Both the position numbers and the translations under genes were made by a program. From a virus, in the IMG/VR virus record IMGVR_UViG_3300009964_000008, positions 1-49,182 of that record: 49,182 bases of DNA; one strand, 5' to 3'. Shown piece by piece: positions 48,644-49,182 of the stretch. Numbering within the stretch: position 1 is the stretch's first letter; each line of letters starts with the position of its first letter. The notes beneath the pieces are model-generated. The model worked only from the letters and a program-made list of their open reading frames with translations. It had not been told where the DNA came from and did no database searches.

Positions 48644-48901
48644 TCAGTACTGCCAACCGTCACGGTCGGTATCGGTCGCAAACTCTCGCAACGTTGCGCC
48701 GAACGGGTAGTAATCGCCCCACGCTTCCATATCGCGCGCGATACGTTCCATCTCACGGCGTTCACGTGCCCTAATGCGCTTGCTAAGGTCACGCCGGGCC
48801 TTAGTGTAGGGGGAGTGTTCGCGGCGAAACTCGCTAGGGTTCCAGCTAACCCCGCGCGCTTCCTTGACGTGCCAAGGGTCAGTCTTGAAAGTGTGTGCCA
48901 T
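48644..48901 (-). CDS. Hypothetical basic/acidic protein
   Basis: RBS GAAAGG. First gene after tRNA-like element C. Confidence 0.65.
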   Translation of the reverse strand: MAHTFKTDPWHVKEARGVSWNPSEFRREHSPYTKARRDLSKRIRARERREMERIARDMEAWGDYYPFGATLREFATDTDRDGWQY

Positions 48902-48947
48902 TGTCTTTGCCTTTCGGTTTGTGCAACACCTCGGTTGTGTCGCATCG

Positions 48948-48998
48948 TTCCCCCGGTTGGAATTGAACCAACCTTGACACTCACCATTAAGCGGGGGA
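48948..48998 (-). ncRNA. tRNA-like element C (acceptor stem + D-like hairpin + T-arm, no anticodon arm)
   Basis: RNA sense: TCCCCCG CTTA-ATGG-TGAG TGTCAAG GTTGG-TTCAATT-CCAAC CGGGGGA A. It has a perfect 7-bp acceptor stem and a canonical T-loop. Confidence 0.55.
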
Positions 48999-49012
48999 AG
49001 TTGAAGACTTAA

Positions 49013-49182
49013 TTAGTCTTCGTACGTGTAATTCACAATCTCGCGCGGGCCGGTGTAATAGGCGAACTTGTAAATGATGCGCTCGCTTCCATCGGGACTA
49101 GGGACAGTCACACTCACGGGTAGGTACCCGTGCATGGTGTAGGCATAACCGCGCCGCTCACCCGGGAACTGTGCGTCAAAAA
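49013..49182 (-). CDS. 3' portion of the wrap-around gene (49056-49182 duplicates 1-127)
   Basis: Same frame as 1..251(-). Ends ...YTGPREIVNYTYED with TAA at 49015-49013. Confidence 0.6.
   Translation of the reverse strand, partial: FDAQFPGERRGYAYTMHGYLPVSVTVPSPDGSERIIYKFAYYTGPREIVNYTYED
49056..49182. repeat. Terminal direct repeat, copy 2 (identical to 1-127)
   Basis: Exact duplicate of the window start. Confidence 0.95.

Overview
The window is a complete, circularly closed dsDNA phage genome. About 49,055 bp are unique, and bases 1-127 are repeated exactly at 49056-49182. The structural genes indicate a siphovirus-type tail. The host is probably an Actinomycetota member, based on a WhiB-like regulator, a LAKTG sortase substrate, and -10 boxes placed 6-7 nt from ATGs (leaderless-type starts). 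Two divergent arms leave an ORF-free hub of about 1.5 kb (716-2202). The rightward arm (2203-33017, + strand) carries many small early genes, including a paralogous family. It continues with a cluster of three canonical tRNAs plus one atypical tRNA, a self-contained LPXTG-type surface-protein moron, dUTPase, NrdH and a lysis cassette. It ends with terminase, portal, capsid, head-tail joining, tail, a 1743-aa tape measure and tail-tip genes. The leftward arm (minus strand, 604 -> across the junction -> 33126) carries small acidic ORFs, an SNF2 helicase and a dCMP deaminase. It also carries a Cas4-like nuclease, a Sak4-like ATPase, an SSB-like protein, a primase-helicase, a family A DNA polymerase, WhiB and a RuvC-like resolvase. 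The arms converge on a bidirectional terminator at 33081-33124. No integrase, partition system or clear repressor was recognised. The most unusual signal is three short tRNA-like RNAs in leftward non-coding spacers. Each has an acceptor stem and a canonical T-arm but lacks a normal anticodon arm. Two sit 14-15 nt after a stop codon. The third ends a long structured leader and encodes its own CCA. Other points of interest are the hub itself (G-run/G4 tracts, an AT-rich tract with a 14-bp inverted repeat, iteron-like repeats) and a leftward promoter family with a shared extended -10/+1 box. A possible -2 frameshift site lies at the tail-chaperone stop, and several sub-60-aa genes are missing from the ORF track. 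All functional calls come from motif reading by eye; no database search was run.
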